Below, in pieces: positions 26,460-28,632 of a DNA stretch of 28,632 nucleotides. Below the pieces are notes generated by a model. The model did no database searches. It had not been told where the DNA came from and was given only the letters and a program-made list of their open reading frames with translations. The position numbers and the translations under genes were made by a program. The DNA is from Candidatus Thorarchaeota archaeon (GTDB lineage: Archaea > Asgardarchaeota > Thorarchaeia > Thorarchaeales > Thorarchaeaceae), in contig JBHLRQ010000015.1 in the NCBI GenBank assembly GCA_048882385.1, positions 1 to 28,632 of the forward strand. The letters are read 5' to 3'. Each line of letters begins with the position of its first letter. The first letter of the stretch is position 1.

Positions 26460-27487
26460 TGTTTAGGTACCTCCTTAGTTGTCAAAGCCTCAGATATTGT
26501 AAGGACATTGATGTCTACTGGACATGAGTCGATACATCTTCCACAGCCAACACAACCTGGGCGTCCATAGTCCGCACCGAATGTTTTCAGCTTGTGACTA
26601 TACCACAATCTTAAGCGGTCAGATCGGGACGCTCTGAAGTTGTGCCCTCCAGCAACAAGACTATAATCTACGAACATACAGCTATCCCAAAACCTATTCC
26701 TACGTCCAACAATTTCATTTGATACATCAAAGACATCGGTCACATTATAACAATTGCAAGTTGGACATATCATTGAACATTGCCCACAGGAGAGACACTT
26801 GTTACCAAAGTAGTCCCAAATCTCACTTTCGTGGCTTAGCTCCATAAGATCTGGCATGTTGTCGAACTCGATGCTCTTTTTGAACATACTATTTCGTTTG
26901 TGACGCCATTCGATATACATCTGAATGTCATCATGAGAAACGTCATCATCAAAGAACTCCTCTCTTTCATGTATCATATCATAACCAAGACTTGATCCCA
27001 CCCATACAAGATAGAACACGTTGAGGTTCACGAAGAAGAGGTCAAATCCTTCATTTACAATATCCGTATCTGTGGAATAGCAGAGAGAGTTCTCAGTTGG
27101 CAGACAAGAGAATCCGATGATTGCTGAGTTCTTTCTAAGCCCTCCATAGTACGGATCGACTGGTTCTCTCATGAATACATCATCTAATCTTAGAAGACTG
27201 TGAATCTCACACGGGTGCACTCCAATTATAACCCGTTTTTCAACAACAGAATACTCTGGATCGAAACCTCTCTCATTGAAATGCATCATAGTGAATTGCA
27301 TTGGGTGAAAGAGTTTCTTGATAGGAATCATAGGATGTTCGTCTGTTATGACCAATTCTGATATACTGTTCAGGCGGTCATAGGACAGAACACCATTCTT
27401 TTGTTTGGGTCCATATAAGGCACCAAACTTCTCCAGACTCTCGAGAAACACCTCAAAGAACTTTGATTGCATCTTTAATATGCGCAT
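26456..27487 (-). CDS. hydB: Group 3b hydrogenase beta subunit (2x[4Fe-4S]); start revised from 27574 to 27487
   Basis: GAGGT RBS before ATG 27487; GVHPCE, DPYY, CLSCGQCSMICPTCNC, WDSC, GGHNFR, CVGCGRCIDSCP; ATGA overlap with hydG. Confidence 0.93.
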   Translation of the reverse strand: MRILKMQSKFFEVFLESLEKFGALYGPKQKNGVLSYDRLNSISELVITDEHPMIPIKKLFHPMQFTMMHFNERGFDPEYSVVEKRVIIGVHPCEIHSLLRLDDVFMREPVDPYYGGLRKNSAIIGFSCLPTENSLCYSTDTDIVNEGFDLFFVNLNVFYLVWVGSSLGYDMIHEREEFFDDDVSHDDIQMYIEWRHKRNSMFKKSIEFDNMPDLMELSHESEIWDYFGNKCLSCGQCSMICPTCNCYNVTDVFDVSNEIVGRRNRFWDSCMFVDYSLVAGGHNFRASRSDRLRLWYSHKLKTFGADYGRPGCVGCGRCIDSCPVDINVLTISEALTTKEVPKQ

Positions 27488-27714
27488 TTTTCGAACCTCG
27501 CCTGTGAGAGAACTTGTTGAGCGGGCATCGCCCGAGATAATCTGCTTATAGTTTTTTTCAACTAGCGGCGTCAAAATAATCTGCTAGTTTTTTGAATTGT
27601 AAGAATATTGTAGATCAATTTCAGAGAGTACGATGCTTTTCTGACATATAGTGTTCGTTCATATTAAACATTGAGCACAAACTGGATAGTAGATGTTTTT
27701 TCCCTATTCACATC

Positions 27715-27749
27715 TTTTATATAGTGGATTACGTAATACTATTACGTGA
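27715..27749 (+). promoter_or_regulatory. TATA box plus palindromic operator upstream of the RHH gene
   Basis: TTTTATATA 27715-27723; perfect palindrome ATTACGTAAT 27728-27737; second copy ATTACGTGA 27741-27749. Confidence 0.55.
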
Positions 27750-27797
27750 AAAAGAATTATAAGTTCTAAAGTACTAACTAATCATGAGGTGAAATAG

Positions 27798-28127
27798 GTG
27801 CCCGATACTGAGAAATCCACAAGGACCGAGGCGGTTCAGTTGAGCCTTAGGGAACAGCTCCTAGGGCGACTTTCTGAGGAAGACGCTTCAAAGAAACGTG
27901 AAATATCAGTGATGACCAGAATGAGTGGCGACATTGTTGAAATTCTAGACGCTCTTGTGGAGCTTGAGATATTCAAGAGTCGATCTGAAGCAGTTTCTGC
28001 TTTTGTAGAGCAAGCCATCTCTTCACGTAGTCAGATGTTTGATGAAATAAAAGTTCAAGCTGCAGATATTCGCAAATTAAGAGATTCTGCTAAGAAACAT
28101 GCCTTTGAAGCATTCCAAGAAAAGTGA
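27798..28127 (+). CDS. Ribbon-helix-helix (CopG/Arc/MetJ-like) DNA-binding protein with coiled-coil tail
   Basis: GAGGTGA RBS before GTG; SVMTRMSGDIVEILDALVELEIFKSRSEAV matches the archaeal RHH pattern. Confidence 0.82.
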   Translation: MPDTEKSTRTEAVQLSLREQLLGRLSEEDASKKREISVMTRMSGDIVEILDALVELEIFKSRSEAVSAFVEQAISSRSQMFDEIKVQAADIRKLRDSAKKHAFEAFQEK

Positions 28128-28326
28128 ACAAGTTCTAGCCTGCTTTATAATAACGGGGCAGGTATTTGAAGAAGTAATGATGTACGCAATCTAATTCTCA
28201 ATATATATTGTCAATCTAGGAAGAGTGCTATTGTAATAATGAATGGAAAAAAACCAAGCGTTCTCCTTCTTTCGTTATTTTCCAGGGGCGGATACATGTC
28301 ATGTACTATGAATCTTCTTGGCAGTT

Positions 28327-28632
28327 TTAATCAACCATAGAAACTATCACTCTACGATCGACAGCGTTCTCGAAGTGGAGCCGATCGACCATCGAAACTG
28401 GTCCTTCGCGATCAATCGAATTCTCAAAGTGAAGTCGATCGACAGAATTTTCAAAGCAGCTTCGGTCAATCATAGATACAATCACTAGACGGTCAACAGC
28501 GTTCTCGAAGTGGAGCCGATCGACCATAGATACAATCACTATACGATCGACAGCATTCTCGAAGTAGACTAGACGGTCAACAGCGTTCTCGAAGTAGACT
28601 AGACGGTCAACAGCATTCTCGAAGTAGACTAG
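28327..28632 (-). CDS. C-terminal part of a tandem-repeat protein (9-10 aa units ending in DR); runs off the right edge
   Basis: Frame is open from 28632 to TAA at 28327: (LVYFENAVDR)x3 IVIVSMVDR LHFENAVDR LVIVSMIDR SCFENSVDR LHFENSIDR EGPVSMVDR LHFENAVDR RVIVSMVD*; most differences between like units are at third codon positions. Confidence 0.6.
   Translation of the reverse strand, partial: LVYFENAVDRLVYFENAVDRLVYFENAVDRIVIVSMVDRLHFENAVDRLVIVSMIDRSCFENSVDRLHFENSIDREGPVSMVDRLHFENAVDRRVIVSMVD
28330..28632. repeat. Tandem repeat array of 27-bp and 30-bp units
   Basis: Three near-identical 30-mers (28543-28572, 28573-28602, 28603-28632; acggtcaacagcRttctcgaagtagactag) preceded by about eight degenerate 27-mers. 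Confidence 0.92.

Noticed and set aside
27488-27574. N-terminal extension of hydB in the ORF track
   Set aside because: GAGGT RBS precedes ATG 27487; the extension overlaps promoter elements
28330-28632. CRISPR array
   Set aside because: Units are contiguous with no unique spacers, variation is codon-structured, and no cas genes are in the window

Overview
About 40% GC, gene-dense archaeal chromosomal segment (GAGGT(GA) ribosome-binding sites, TATA-type promoters, frequent GTG/TTG starts). The gene mix (N-terminal LRR protein, zinc-containing ferredoxin, group 3b [NiFe]-hydrogenase, short AlaRS, Regnase-like NYN protein) suggests an Asgard archaeon such as Thorarchaeia; that assignment is inference only. 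It is mostly housekeeping and metabolic: SAM methyltransferase, DUF1028, acyl-CoA dehydrogenase, nitroreductase, NSS transporter operon, MBL hydrolase, PiT/DUF47, alaS, two tandem ArsB/NhaD permeases, two metallophosphoesterases, a GlcD/D-LDH-like flavoprotein, a YgbA-family protein, the hydBGDA operon and an RHH regulator. No rRNA, tRNA, CRISPR array or transposase was found. The most notable unexplained items are: (i) a 60-nt, 70% GC structured island (17193-17252) with its own TATA box, a T-tract and anti-Shine-Dalgarno-like CCUCC motifs, divergent from a zinc-finger NYN RNase gene; (ii) a minus-strand ORF at the right edge built entirely of 9-10 aa cassettes ending in Asp-Arg, with mostly synonymous variation; (iii) an unannotated 55-aa double desulforedoxin-like metalloprotein; (iv) an internally duplicated TYW3-like protein next to an 8Fe-type zinc ferredoxin; (v) a Cys-to-Asp change at the proximal cluster of the hydrogenase small subunit.
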